A stretch of DNA of 64,000 nt from Patescibacteria group bacterium UBA661 (lineage in GTDB: Bacteria > Patescibacteriota > Minisyncoccia > Phycocordibacterales > UBA918). The notes beneath the pieces are model-generated. The model saw only the letters and a list, made by a program, of their open reading frames with translations. It ran no database searches and was not told where the DNA came from. The DNA is taken from the NCBI GenBank assembly GCA_002299465.1, contig DBNX01000014.1, positions 19,052 to 83,051 on the forward strand, in the 5' to 3' direction. Each line of letters starts with the position of its first letter. Positions within the stretch are counted from its first letter, which is position 1. The translations under genes and the position numbers were made by a program. Positions 37,547 to 47,639 of this stretch are shown piece after piece.

Positions 37547-38875
37547 TTAATTACTATTCACCTCACTGACCACTGCTTCGCCCGCCAGGAAACGGAGGGC
37601 CGCGTCTAGTTGCGGGTCAATATCACTAAGACGCTCTTCGGGTGTGCGGTTGATGATGATGTCCGGCTCAAGACCACCGTCTGAGATGGACTTTCCGTCT
37701 GGTGTAAGCCAGCGGGTTACGGTGACTTTGAGTGATGAGCCGTCTTCTAGGCTAATCAATTCTTGCACCGAGCCTTTACCAAAGGTGTTGGTGCCGATAA
37801 CTGTCGCGTAGTCGTGCTCACTGAGTGCTCCGGCGAGAATCTCAGAGGCCGAAGCAGAACCACGGTCTACCAGCACAACTATTTTTTCAGGAGCTTCCCT
37901 GCCTAACGTTCGACCTTGGCTACGGTACAACTTTTCCTCACCTTGCTCACTGTGGCGTTCGCGTACCACTACTTTACCAGTTGGTAAAAAGAAACTAGCG
38001 ATAGAAACGGCGCTCTGCAAGTATCCGCCTGGATTACCGCGCAAATCAATTATCAACTTAGTAGCATCTGATCTGACATATTCGCGCAAAGCTTCTTGCA
38101 TCTTAGCTTCAGCTAAGGCGTTGAAACTGTAGAGGCTGATGATAAAGACGTCACCGCGTTGTTCGGTTTTGGTTGTTGGAATAACAATCGTATCTCTAAC
38201 TACTGTAAATTCACGTAATTCCATTTCTCCCTCGCGTAAGATGTCGAGAGTGACGGCTGTTCCCTTTTCGCCACGAATGCGCCGTACCGCCTCGTCAATC
38301 GACATATTTCTGGTAATTTCTCCATCGATCTCGATTATTTTATCGCCCGCCAATAGACCAGCTCGTTCGGCCGGAGTATCGACAAGTGGTGTAATTATCG
38401 TGATTACGCCGTCTCGGTTGCCCACCTCCATACCAATGCCACTAAAATTACCGGACACATCTTCAGTAAAAGCGCGACTTTCGGCTGGAGGCATAAAAAC
38501 TGTGTAGGGGTCGCCATAAGCTCCTACCATACCTTGAATGGCCCCACGCAGTTTATCTTCAGGAGTAACAACATCCTCGGGACCAGCCACGATAAAACGC
38601 TCTTCCAGAAGATGCCAAACTTCCCAAAACTCTGTAAGGTCAACTGGTGTAGCGGGGGCAGGAGTGACTTCACGACTGAAGATAGAGAAGATGCTGGCGG
38701 TGTTGTCGGTGGGTTCTAGAATAGTGTGAGCTTGCGCTCCGGTAAAAAAAGCTCCCACCGCCAGCAAAACAGCTAAGGCAATTCCTAAGGAGCTATTGTA
38801 AGCGGAAGTTTTTTTGTCTTCGGGCAGTTGAGAAGTGCCCTGTGTATTTTCTGTCATTTGGACATTATGACACAA
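37547..38875 (-). CDS. ctpA: S41 family C-terminal processing peptidase (Ctp/Prc) with PDZ domain
   Basis: N-terminal TM helix, a PDZ domain (GDKIIEIDGE), and the S41 catalytic region (GGYL..; GSASASEI). Confidence 0.8.
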   Translation of the reverse strand: MCHNVQMTENTQGTSQLPEDKKTSAYNSSLGIALAVLLAVGAFFTGAQAHTILEPTDNTASIFSIFSREVTPAPATPVDLTEFWEVWHLLEERFIVAGPEDVVTPEDKLRGAIQGMVGAYGDPYTVFMPPAESRAFTEDVSGNFSGIGMEVGNRDGVITIITPLVDTPAERAGLLAGDKIIEIDGEITRNMSIDEAVRRIRGEKGTAVTLDILREGEMELREFTVVRDTIVIPTTKTEQRGDVFIISLYSFNALAEAKMQEALREYVRSDATKLIIDLRGNPGGYLQSAVSIASFFLPTGKVVVRERHSEQGEEKLYRSQGRTLGREAPEKIVVLVDRGSASASEILAGALSEHDYATVIGTNTFGKGSVQELISLEDGSSLKVTVTRWLTPDGKSISDGGLEPDIIINRTPEERLSDIDPQLDAALRFLAGEAVVSEVNSN

Positions 38876-38942
38876 ACTTTAGCATTGACCAAAGCCACTC
38901 TGGGTACTGTCTATTTAGAAATTATTTTGTTATGCTAAAAAT

Positions 38943-40403
38943 ATGTTTAGTAATCTTTTTCGATCCGAGAAAACCGCCTTCGCTACCTTGCCTATCCAGC
39001 TCTACAATACCAGCGGTGGCCAGAAAGAAATTTTTCAAGCTCAAAATGACGGGGTGGTTTTAATGTACAGTTGTGGCCCAACGGTTTACGATTACGCCCA
39101 CATTGGAAACCTTAGATCGTACGTTTTTTCAGATATCTTAAAACGCACCCTGCAATTTCATGGCTACGCTGTTTCCCACACTATAAATTTTACTGACTTC
39201 GGGCACCTCACAGATGATGGTGATGCCGGTGAAGACAAAATGATGAAAGGTCTCAAGCGTGAGGGGTTGCCAGTGACACTGGAGGCAATGCGCGACCTCT
39301 CGGATCGTTACATTAGGGCCTTTACAGAAGATTTTGCCGCTCTGCGCATTATTCCCCCCACGACTTGGGCGCGGGCGAGTGAATATATTCCAGAACAAAT
39401 TAAACTCATTGCGACACTACAAGAGGCTGGCTATACTTATGAAACTAGTGACGGAGTTTATTTTGACATTAGCAAGTTTCCGGCTTACGGCAAACTCGGA
39501 AACATTAACTTGAGTGAATTAAAAAGCGGAGCACGGGTAGAAATTAACACTGAAAAAAGACAAGCGGCTGACTTTGCTGTTTGGAAAAAAGGCACTCTCG
39601 GTTGGGACAGTCGTTGGGGTAAAGGTTTTCCGGGTTGGCACATTGAATGCTCTGCGATGGCGATGGCTACGCTTAGTGAAACTATCGATATTCATACTGG
39701 TGGCATAGATCACATACCAGTTCATCACAACGCTGAAATTGCCCAATGTGAGTGTGCTACTGGTAAGACTTTTGCTCGGTACTGGCTTCATAATGCCTTT
39801 CTTAGTATCAACAACACCAAAGTCAGCAAATCACTTGGCAACACTTTCACTCTACGTCAGCTGTTTGAGCAAGGTTTCACTGGAGAAGATTATCGGTACT
39901 GGTTACTGACTGCACATTACCGCTCGCCGGTAAATTTTTCTTGGGAAGCTTTAGCGGCAGCGAAGCAAGCTCTCTTTCGTTTGCGTCGCCTTGTCTATGA
40001 GGAATATCAACAAGTAGACGGTGTTCCAGAAACCAACTACGTTGCGCAATTACGCAGTCATCTCGCTAACGATTTAGACACACCGGCGGTGATTGCCTTG
40101 CTTTGGCAAATTACCAAAGATACCAATCTAGACAATCCGACCAAGTGCGCCACCATTAAGGTTTTTGACAGTATTCTCGATGTTGGGCTAAGTGCCACCA
40201 AAGCAGAGGGGCAAGAGGCGCTGGGAACGGTAACTGCCGATGAAATTCCGTCCGCCATTCAAACTTTGCTAGACAAACGAGAGGCGGCCCGAATTGCCAA
40301 CAATTGGTTCGAAGCTGACACTCTGCGCGAAGCTATTAAAATCAAGGGTTACAATCTAGAAGACACTCCGCACGGACCAAAACTAAGTAAAATCTTGGAT
40401 TAG
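38943..40403 (+). CDS. cysS: cysteine--tRNA ligase
   Basis: HIGN(LRSY) HIGH motif, KMSKS (KVSKSLGN), and the Zn-binding Cys/His pattern of CysRS. Confidence 0.9.
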   Translation: MFSNLFRSEKTAFATLPIQLYNTSGGQKEIFQAQNDGVVLMYSCGPTVYDYAHIGNLRSYVFSDILKRTLQFHGYAVSHTINFTDFGHLTDDGDAGEDKMMKGLKREGLPVTLEAMRDLSDRYIRAFTEDFAALRIIPPTTWARASEYIPEQIKLIATLQEAGYTYETSDGVYFDISKFPAYGKLGNINLSELKSGARVEINTEKRQAADFAVWKKGTLGWDSRWGKGFPGWHIECSAMAMATLSETIDIHTGGIDHIPVHHNAEIAQCECATGKTFARYWLHNAFLSINNTKVSKSLGNTFTLRQLFEQGFTGEDYRYWLLTAHYRSPVNFSWEALAAAKQALFRLRRLVYEEYQQVDGVPETNYVAQLRSHLANDLDTPAVIALLWQITKDTNLDNPTKCATIKVFDSILDVGLSATKAEGQEALGTVTADEIPSAIQTLLDKREAARIANNWFEADTLREAIKIKGYNLEDTPHGPKLSKILD

Positions 40404-40474
40404 AAGTTATTCACAAAATCCACACTCTGGCGGAAAAAACGTCAAGTGTCGGTACGTGCTACAATAGCTCCACT

Positions 40475-41857
40475 ATGGCAGAATCAGCTACCGTCAACCG
40501 TTCTCTACGCACACCACCGCGTAATATTGACGCGGAAAGAGCTCTGCTCGGGGCGATTATCTTAAAACCTGACGTGATGCACGATATCGCCACCAATGTC
40601 TACCCGGAAAGTTTTTTTGTTGAAAAACACCGGCTCATTTTTGAAGCACTTTTGCAGATATTTTCTAAGGGTGATCCGATTGACGTAGTGACTCTGGTCT
40701 CAAAACTCCGGGGCAACAACAATCTAGATCGAGTGGGCGGTGCCACTCTCATCACCGAACTAATTGAGACAGTACCAGCGGCTGGCAATGCTCACTACTA
40801 TGCTGAATTGGTCCAAGGCAAATTCGCTTTGCGTAGTCTTATTTACGCCGCTGAGGAAGTGGCTGAAATTGGCTATTCTGACCCAGAGAGTGTTGATGAG
40901 GCACTTGACCAAGCCGAAAAAAAGATTTTTCACGCCACCCAATCTCCGAGCGCCCAAAAATTTAAGACTATTGGCGCTTCGTTAACCGAGGCGTGGGGGC
41001 GTTTTGAGTACCTTAGTGCCAACCAACACGAAACGCGTGGCGTACAATCGGGTTTTACCGCTATCGATAACTTGTTGGCTGGTTTTCAAAAATCTGACTT
41101 AGTGATTTTGGCGGCTCGTCCCTCGATGGGTAAAACCACTTTTGCACTTGATGTGGCACGCAACGCTGCTCTCAAATATGGTGCTTCGGTCGGTATTTTT
41201 TCGCTAGAAATGAGTGACCAACAACTGGTAGATAGAATGCTGGCGGCGGAAGCGGGAGTGGACTCGTGGAAGCTGCGCACTGGCAGATTAAGTAATGACC
41301 ACGAATTTGCGGCCGTGCAACAAGCGATGGCGCGTCTTTCTGAAGCAAAAATACATATCGATGACCAAGCCGGCAACAACATTCTCAAAATGCGTTCGGC
41401 CGCGCGTCGCCTTAAAAATGAGCATGGTCTGGATTTGCTCATCGTCGATTACTTACAACTAATGTCCCCCACTGCCACCAAAGCCAGTGATTCGATGGTA
41501 CAACAAGTGACAGAAATCTCTCGTTCCTTAAAAATTATGGCTCGTGACTTGGAGGTGCCAGTGATTGCTCTTTCCCAGCTTTCTCGTGCGGTCGAACAAC
41601 GTGGCGGCAAACCTCGTCTCTCTGACTTACGCGATTCTGGCTCTATAGAACAAGACGCCGACGTGGTTATGTTTATCCACCGTGAAGATAAAATAAACAA
41701 AGAGTCAGAAAGACCAAACATTGCTGAGATATTGGTTGAAAAACACCGCAACGGACCGGTGGGGGTGGCGGAATTGTACTTTGACAGTAAACACGTTCGT
41801 TTTCTTAATCTTGACACTCACCACGCAGCTGAACCCGGAGCTAGTGATGATTTTTAG
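40475..41857 (+). CDS. dnaB: replicative DNA helicase DnaB
   Basis: DnaB N-domain, Walker A (ARPSMGKT), and the RecA-like core ending in the SRxxE/DRD motifs (IALSQLSRAVEQR; DLRDSGSIEQDAD). Confidence 0.9.
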   Translation: MAESATVNRSLRTPPRNIDAERALLGAIILKPDVMHDIATNVYPESFFVEKHRLIFEALLQIFSKGDPIDVVTLVSKLRGNNNLDRVGGATLITELIETVPAAGNAHYYAELVQGKFALRSLIYAAEEVAEIGYSDPESVDEALDQAEKKIFHATQSPSAQKFKTIGASLTEAWGRFEYLSANQHETRGVQSGFTAIDNLLAGFQKSDLVILAARPSMGKTTFALDVARNAALKYGASVGIFSLEMSDQQLVDRMLAAEAGVDSWKLRTGRLSNDHEFAAVQQAMARLSEAKIHIDDQAGNNILKMRSAARRLKNEHGLDLLIVDYLQLMSPTATKASDSMVQQVTEISRSLKIMARDLEVPVIALSQLSRAVEQRGGKPRLSDLRDSGSIEQDADVVMFIHREDKINKESERPNIAEILVEKHRNGPVGVAELYFDSKHVRFLNLDTHHAAEPGASDDF

Positions 41858-41863
41858 TTTTTT

Positions 41864-42499
41864 ATGTCACCGCTTGAAAAACTCGTTAGTCACTTTGAAC
41901 GTTTCCCCGGCGTGGGTTTGCGTCAAGCCCGGCGTTTTGTTTTTCATATTTTAACCTTACCCGAAGCCGAGACCAAAGAAATTGCATCTCTCATTACTTC
42001 CCTAACCGATTCTGTGGCGGAATGCGAACATTGCCACCGTTTTTTTGCAAAAAATAATCAAGAGACAAGGCGGTGTCAGATTTGCAGTGACGCTAATCGT
42101 GACAGCGGCAAAATGTTGGTTGTCAGTCGTGATAGTGATATTGACGCGATTGAACGAAGTCGTCTTTATGATGGCTATTATTTTGTGTTAGGAGGCACTG
42201 TCTCACTTTTAGCCAATCCAGACGCCAAGCAGAAAGTCCGTGCTGGCAAACTCAAGGCGCAAATAAGCAGTTTAACCAAGCAAGGTTTGCTACAAGAAGT
42301 TATTTTGGGCTTCGCTGTTAATCCAGACGGTGAAAATACCGCGCGCTATATTGAGTCAATTCTAAAAGACGTTATTCCGACTGACCAACCGCTTACCATT
42401 TCTTATCTCGGGCGTGGTCTATCGACAGGTAGCGAGTTAGAGTACGCTGATCCAGAAACCATCAAGAGTGCCTTAAATAATCGCACGGGCCAGCACTAA
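41864..42499 (+). CDS. recR: recombination protein RecR
   Basis: HhH (FPGVG.RQA.R), C4 zinc finger (CEHC...CQIC) and a Toprim domain; 211 aa. Confidence 0.85.
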   Translation: MSPLEKLVSHFERFPGVGLRQARRFVFHILTLPEAETKEIASLITSLTDSVAECEHCHRFFAKNNQETRRCQICSDANRDSGKMLVVSRDSDIDAIERSRLYDGYYFVLGGTVSLLANPDAKQKVRAGKLKAQISSLTKQGLLQEVILGFAVNPDGENTARYIESILKDVIPTDQPLTISYLGRGLSTGSELEYADPETIKSALNNRTGQH

Positions 42500-42573
42500 C
42501 TACTTTTAGGGCTTAAGCAAAGGGAAGATACTGCAAAGTATCGTAGTAAAAAATCGCCCGAGTGGGCGATTTT

Positions 42574-42948
42574 TTAGTTGATTGCTTCGATTTTGATTTG
42601 AGCGTAAGTCTGTCTGTGTCCGAGACGGCGGTCGCGGTTGCTTTTGGCTTTGTAACGCACAATCGTTAGTTTAGGACCTTTCTTTTCACCTAGATAAGTA
42701 GCCTTAACCTTACCGCCGGTGTAGGGGGTGCCTAATTTTGCTGATTTACCATCGTCGGTCATCAATACGGTATCGAAGTCAATCATGTCGCCAGCTTTAT
42801 GTTCACCGAGAAGCTCAACTTCAATAATATCGCCGACTGAAACCACGTATTGCTTACCGCCTGTGGCGATTACCGCAAAGGCATCGTTCTTAGCTGTTTT
42901 TGTTGCCATAGTGCCGGCAATTCTACTAGAAAATCCTAAAAAATGCAA
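42574..42948 (-). CDS. rplU: 50S ribosomal protein L21
   Basis: FAVIATGGKQYVVSVGD and the C-terminal GHRQ.YA.IKI motif. The N-terminus has a 12-20 aa extension, so the true start may be the internal Met near 42909. Confidence 0.8.
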   Translation of the reverse strand: MHFLGFSSRIAGTMATKTAKNDAFAVIATGGKQYVVSVGDIIEVELLGEHKAGDMIDFDTVLMTDDGKSAKLGTPYTGGKVKATYLGEKKGPKLTIVRYKAKSNRDRRLGHRQTYAQIKIEAIN

Positions 42949-43044
42949 CTTTTCCCGGGAGGTAAGCTTTTCAAAGGATTTTTTGACAGATGAGTTTTTG
43001 CCACTAGACTATTTTATCCGCTTACAAAATAGTCTGTAGCTTTA

Positions 43045-43986
43045 TTACAAACAAAGACCAACTCTCTCTCTGACCGTTGCCATTTTTGTTCTGGCGTAAG
43101 CCCGAGCCCGCTCCGTGCCGTCTTTGAGAATTTTTTTGACATCGTCATCTGTGATTTCAGCACGAGCGGTACGCAGCGGAGCGAGAAAATCATCCAAATC
43201 TACAATCAAGGCTTCTTTGAGATTTTTGTATTTTCCGCGATTGGCTTCGTAGAGTGGGGCTAGTTCGACTTCGCTTTTCAGTAGACGGTGGATGGCATAA
43301 ACATTTTCTGGACGCTCCCCATTGGAGTCTGTGGTGATGCTCATAACCGCTTTTTCTATTTCCGCTCGACTGCTAAAGAGCGGTATCGTGTTTTGGTAAC
43401 TTTTACTCATCTTTTGACCATTAGTTCCTGGCACCACGCCGACTCCCTTAAGAATGGCTTCTTGCGGAGCGGTGAAAGTTTCGCCGTACGCTAGATTGAA
43501 TTTGTTGGCGGCTTCGCGGGCGTATTCAATGTGTTGTCTTTGGTCTTCACCGACTGGCACAACTTCCGCGTCATAAAGAAGAATATCAGCCGCCATCAAC
43601 ATCGGATAATTAAACAAGCCGGCGGTGGCTTCTATTCCTTTGGCTACCTTGTCTTTGTAGGCATGGGCCTGCATCAGGAAAGGCACCGTGACCAAGCACT
43701 CAAAAATCCAAGCTAATTCTGTGTGTTCTGGGACGTCTGATTGTTTAAAGATAATGGCTTCTTGGGGATGCACACCAACAGCTAAGTAGTCTTTTACTAC
43801 GTCCAGAATGTTCTGTCGCAGTGTTGTAGCGTCGCGCACTGTCGTTAAGGCATGCAAATCAGCCACCATCAAGTAGCTATCATAATCCTGATAAACATCT
43901 CTAAAAGGCTTTAGAGCCCCAAAATAATTGCCGATATGAAGTGTTCCTGATGATTGGATTCCGGTCAAAAGGCGTTTCTTAATCAT
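43045..43986 (-). CDS. trpS: tryptophan--tRNA ligase
   Basis: TGIQSSGTLHIGNY HIGH motif and KMSKS (KMSKS present); 313 aa. Confidence 0.9.
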   Translation of the reverse strand: MIKKRLLTGIQSSGTLHIGNYFGALKPFRDVYQDYDSYLMVADLHALTTVRDATTLRQNILDVVKDYLAVGVHPQEAIIFKQSDVPEHTELAWIFECLVTVPFLMQAHAYKDKVAKGIEATAGLFNYPMLMAADILLYDAEVVPVGEDQRQHIEYAREAANKFNLAYGETFTAPQEAILKGVGVVPGTNGQKMSKSYQNTIPLFSSRAEIEKAVMSITTDSNGERPENVYAIHRLLKSEVELAPLYEANRGKYKNLKEALIVDLDDFLAPLRTARAEITDDDVKKILKDGTERARAYARTKMATVRERVGLCL

Positions 43987-44027
43987 AAATAATCTAGATT
44001 TTAGCAGAAATTCAAGTTAATGAATAG

Positions 44028-45707
44028 TTACATAACTACCGGTAGTTCTAAGGTAAAGCGAGAACCTTGCCCTTCCCCGTCCGAGTGAGCGGTGATATTT
44101 CCACCCATCGCTTGAGCTAATTTGAGAGCTACATAGAGACCGAGCCCAGTCCCCCTCACATTAACAGTGTTGGCTGAGTCTCCGCGTTTAAATTTTTGAA
44201 AAATGTTATCAAGAGTATCTTTGTTCATACCAATGCCAGTGTCTAAAATATCAACAAAAACTTTTTTCGTCTTCCCGTTGTCTCTAACTAGGACAGTAAT
44301 TGAGCCCTTAGGCGTGTATTTGATGGCGTTGCCAATTAGGTTAAACAAAATCTGTTGTATCTTACCCTGATCTGCATTAATGACACCCTGGGAAGATTCT
44401 AGGCGGCTCCGGAAAAGTAAGATGACTCCATTGTGCAAGGCTTCTGGACGTAAGTCATCGCAAGTATGCTCCGTCAATTGATGTAGATTAAAGTCGGTAA
44501 AATTATATTTCATATTACCAGATTCAATTCGAGAAACGTTCAAGAAGTCTTCAATACTTTCCGCCATAAATCTGGCTGATCTTTCGATTCTTTCCAGGGG
44601 TTCGCTTAGTTTTGCTGGCACCACACCATAGTCACCCTCACGAATCATTGAAGCGTACCCAGCAATCGAAGTGAGCGGGCTGCGGAGTTGGTGGGAGGCA
44701 ATCGAAACAAACTCCGATTTTTGTTTATCAATAGCCATTAGGCGTTTGTTTACTTCGGTTAGATTGTTGGCTAAATTAGCGAGTTCATCGCGCTGTAGAA
44801 TTTCTCGTCGGATACTTCGGGTCAGAAAAATTCCAATTACACCAGTCATCACTAAGGTAGTAGACAAGATAATGATTGCAGTCTTGTTTTCGGTAAAAAC
44901 AAATTGTGCGCCAATCAGGATAACCAGAGCGATAATCAATGCCTGTGAGGCAAAGAGATTGACGTTAAAAGTTTTGAACTTAACGATTAGTATCGTGATG
45001 AAAACGGCAAAGACCAGCATACCAAAGAGACCGTAGATTTCGAGGCGAGAGTCATAGAGGAGTCCGATGCTGGTTAGGTAAGTTATGACAAAAGTCAATG
45101 AGAGGAACGACAGTAAAAAGAATCCCATACCTATGCCCATCAGCATAATTTGCTTCTTGAAATCGGGGGTTGCGCGGTAGTATTCACGTATCATCAACAC
45201 TGGTATCCAGATTAGGGCTATTGCGCCAATGGCGGTGTAGTATATTTTGTAAAATAATCCCTCGTACTCAAATGGGTTACACTGTGTAATGTTAAATCCA
45301 CTCAAGTTTAAATTAGTGTGGGCAAACAATAAGACAGGGAGTAGCAAGATCGTAAAAAAAACTTTGAGTTTATTACTGATATCTTTTTTATACAAAAATA
45401 CATAAATAAAATAAATGCTAAGTATGGGAATTAGGGCTTGTAGAATCGCGAATAATGGCCAAATAAATAAAATCACACCGGCATCGACATTAGTCCAAGC
45501 AATCAGACTGATAAATGTCCACAAAGAGAAACCGAGCGTGATGAACAAGAGTAAACGATTAAGTAGTAATCGTGGACCATTCCAGAAAACGAATAATCCC
45601 AACAAAAGAGCAATGATGGCAACTGGAATGTGTGAATAGTAAATGATTACCGGTAAGTCGGGGCTGAAGAAAAAATAACTGGGTTCCGGAAATAGATAAC
45701 AAATCAT
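44028..45707 (-). CDS. sensor histidine kinase with polytopic N-terminal membrane sensor domain
   Basis: About 9-10 TM helices, then HisKA (SHQLRSPL) and HATPase_c (GTGLGLY). No response regulator gene in the window. Confidence 0.8.
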   Translation of the reverse strand: MICYLFPEPSYFFFSPDLPVIIYYSHIPVAIIALLLGLFVFWNGPRLLLNRLLLFITLGFSLWTFISLIAWTNVDAGVILFIWPLFAILQALIPILSIYFIYVFLYKKDISNKLKVFFTILLLPVLLFAHTNLNLSGFNITQCNPFEYEGLFYKIYYTAIGAIALIWIPVLMIREYYRATPDFKKQIMLMGIGMGFFLLSFLSLTFVITYLTSIGLLYDSRLEIYGLFGMLVFAVFITILIVKFKTFNVNLFASQALIIALVILIGAQFVFTENKTAIIILSTTLVMTGVIGIFLTRSIRREILQRDELANLANNLTEVNKRLMAIDKQKSEFVSIASHQLRSPLTSIAGYASMIREGDYGVVPAKLSEPLERIERSARFMAESIEDFLNVSRIESGNMKYNFTDFNLHQLTEHTCDDLRPEALHNGVILLFRSRLESSQGVINADQGKIQQILFNLIGNAIKYTPKGSITVLVRDNGKTKKVFVDILDTGIGMNKDTLDNIFQKFKRGDSANTVNVRGTGLGLYVALKLAQAMGGNITAHSDGEGQGSRFTLELPVVM

Positions 45708-46144
45708 AGTTCGGAATTAGTGGTAGTTTTAGGCGATTGGGGTGGGAGTGAGGCGGTGTCAGATGACCGGTGGTCTACCGGATCACAAATACTACCAATT
45801 TTTTGCGGGTCGCAGAAAGAGATTGAACAGCTTCTTTCTTGATTGGTACAAGTATTGGCAAAAGGACAAGCGGTGATATTTTCTCCGCACAGTTTTATTA
45901 AATCAGCCGCATAACGCTCCACTTTAGTGTAATAAAAAACATCAGCGGTTGGACAATCAGAAATATCCGCAATAATAAGATCTTGGCAACCCAAATAACA
46001 ACTAGCGACAGTTGGGTCACAATCCATTTTGTAAGATACCAAATAATCATCGAGTACCACAAAACGGTAGTAAGAAGCCGCCATAGTGAAAATTAAAAGC
46101 GGAATGACCGTATACGCGAGAATGTTTCGCAAAAAATGCTGCAT
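45704..46144 (-). CDS. membrane-anchored Cys-rich extracytoplasmic protein (hypothetical), co-transcribed with the histidine kinase
   Basis: N-terminal TM helix, then 11 Cys in about 110 aa. Its stop overlaps the kinase start by 4 nt. Confidence 0.45.
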   Translation of the reverse strand: MQHFLRNILAYTVIPLLIFTMAASYYRFVVLDDYLVSYKMDCDPTVASCYLGCQDLIIADISDCPTADVFYYTKVERYAADLIKLCGENITACPFANTCTNQERSCSISFCDPQKIGSICDPVDHRSSDTASLPPQSPKTTTNSEL

Positions 46145-46319
46145 AATAAAATATGACTCCTGTGTCTATCTTACAGCATAAAAGATAATATTTTGGGTTA
46201 AATTAAGGCGGGGTTGTATATATCGTCAAAAACCTTAGTGTGCGTAAATCTAAAATAACGATTGATTTTTACTAGAGAGCGATAGTTTATTTTTGACTAT
46301 CGGAAGCGATGAGGGAACA

Positions 46320-47630
46320 TCAACGAATCCATCCCCACTGACGTAATTTTTCTTGCTCCTCATTTATAAATTTAAGCCCAATATCGGTCCGGTACATCAT
46401 ATTTGGTATAGATATTTTATTTACTCGGGCATAGGCACTAGTGCGGGCAGCTTGAACACTACTACCTTTACCGGTCACATAAAGTGCGTAACCATGGTGC
46501 CCGGCGTGGTAGTAATGTTCTTTACCGTCAGGTAATTTAGCTTTGGCGATTTCCTCAAAATGAATATGAGAAAAATCTTCAGGGCTAAAATCCTCACTAA
46601 AGAAAAGGGAGACACCGGTTGAGGTTGTGACGCGAGCCCCACTGGCTAAATCAGGGGCAAACGGAAAAGGCGGTAGAGCAATGGAGACAACTATTCCGTA
46701 ATCAGTAGAGTATTTTAAGTCGTAAGGTTTGCCATCAGCGATAGCTTTAAGCACCTCACCCCAAGGAGAAATTTGTAACTCACACTGGAGTTCGGCGGCG
46801 GGAGTACCGAAACGAGTAGTAGCTTCTAGCGGCCAGACACCTTCAGCATTAACAATGCAGCCAATATCAATGTCGCCCTTGTAGTCAATTTTTATTAAAT
46901 GGTCAGTCAGTTTGGCGAGAGTAGCTTGAAACAGTGGTTGTTGTTCGTCATCTTCATACCACATCAAAGTCCCCATTTCAGCCGTGAGCGGACCGATGTC
47001 GCCATTCATAAAACGTTTGTGTTCAAGATTTATTTCAATTGGACCTACCCAATGTTCGCCGTTAAAATAACGAGCTACCCCAATTTCTACTCCCACCACT
47101 CTTTTTTGTAAATGGACACTAGTGATGTTTTCTTTTTTATAATATTGGAGCATATCAAGAATGTCAGTTCCGTTACTTCTTTGTCCAACATAGTTAAGGG
47201 CACTGATGTGGGTATTTTGTTTTAACACCCAATAATCAGGATTATTTTTGACAAAATCAGCCGCCGCATCGGGGGTTGCAAAATCATACGAGGGTAAGGT
47301 TTTAACACCACTGTCAGCGAGTAGCTGTTGAAAGTGCTGGCGATCCAATTCCATTTTGTTACTTGCGGCATTACCACCAAAAACACTGTACCCAGCTTGT
47401 CGTAGGCGGTCTGGCAAATCAGCAAAGTTAACATCATCAAAAACAATCAGACCGTCTTTACCGACCCAGTCTAATTCTTTTTCCCAGTTAGAGACCTGTT
47501 CAACAAAGCCTGCCAGACAATTTTTGCGATCAGGATGTTCTACATACAGCTTCACGTCGTGTCCCTCTTTAAGTAGTTGGTGAATGACAGCTGAACCAAT
47601 AAGTTCTCCAGAAATAAATAATACTCGCAC
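46320..47630 (-). CDS. ATP-grasp enzyme related to phosphoribosylamine--glycine ligase (PurD-like)
   Basis: EHKRFMNGDIGPLTAEMGTLMW matches the PurD DHKRl.dGD.GPNTGGMG region and the overall length (436 aa) fits. The canonical N-terminal GGREHA motif is absent (SGELIGSAV instead). Confidence 0.5.
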   Translation of the reverse strand: MRVLFISGELIGSAVIHQLLKEGHDVKLYVEHPDRKNCLAGFVEQVSNWEKELDWVGKDGLIVFDDVNFADLPDRLRQAGYSVFGGNAASNKMELDRQHFQQLLADSGVKTLPSYDFATPDAAADFVKNNPDYWVLKQNTHISALNYVGQRSNGTDILDMLQYYKKENITSVHLQKRVVGVEIGVARYFNGEHWVGPIEINLEHKRFMNGDIGPLTAEMGTLMWYEDDEQQPLFQATLAKLTDHLIKIDYKGDIDIGCIVNAEGVWPLEATTRFGTPAAELQCELQISPWGEVLKAIADGKPYDLKYSTDYGIVVSIALPPFPFAPDLASGARVTTSTGVSLFFSEDFSPEDFSHIHFEEIAKAKLPDGKEHYYHAGHHGYALYVTGKGSSVQAARTSAYARVNKISIPNMMYRTDIGLKFINEEQEKLRQWGWIR

Positions 47631-47639
47631 GGTAAATAA

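Noticed and set aside
35937-42948. rplU (L21) and rpmA (L27) are about 6 kb apart and on opposite strands rather than in the usual rplU-rpmA operon
   Set aside because: Both genes are intact with their own terminators. This is a rearrangement of gene order, not a functional anomaly, so it is not reported as a finding.
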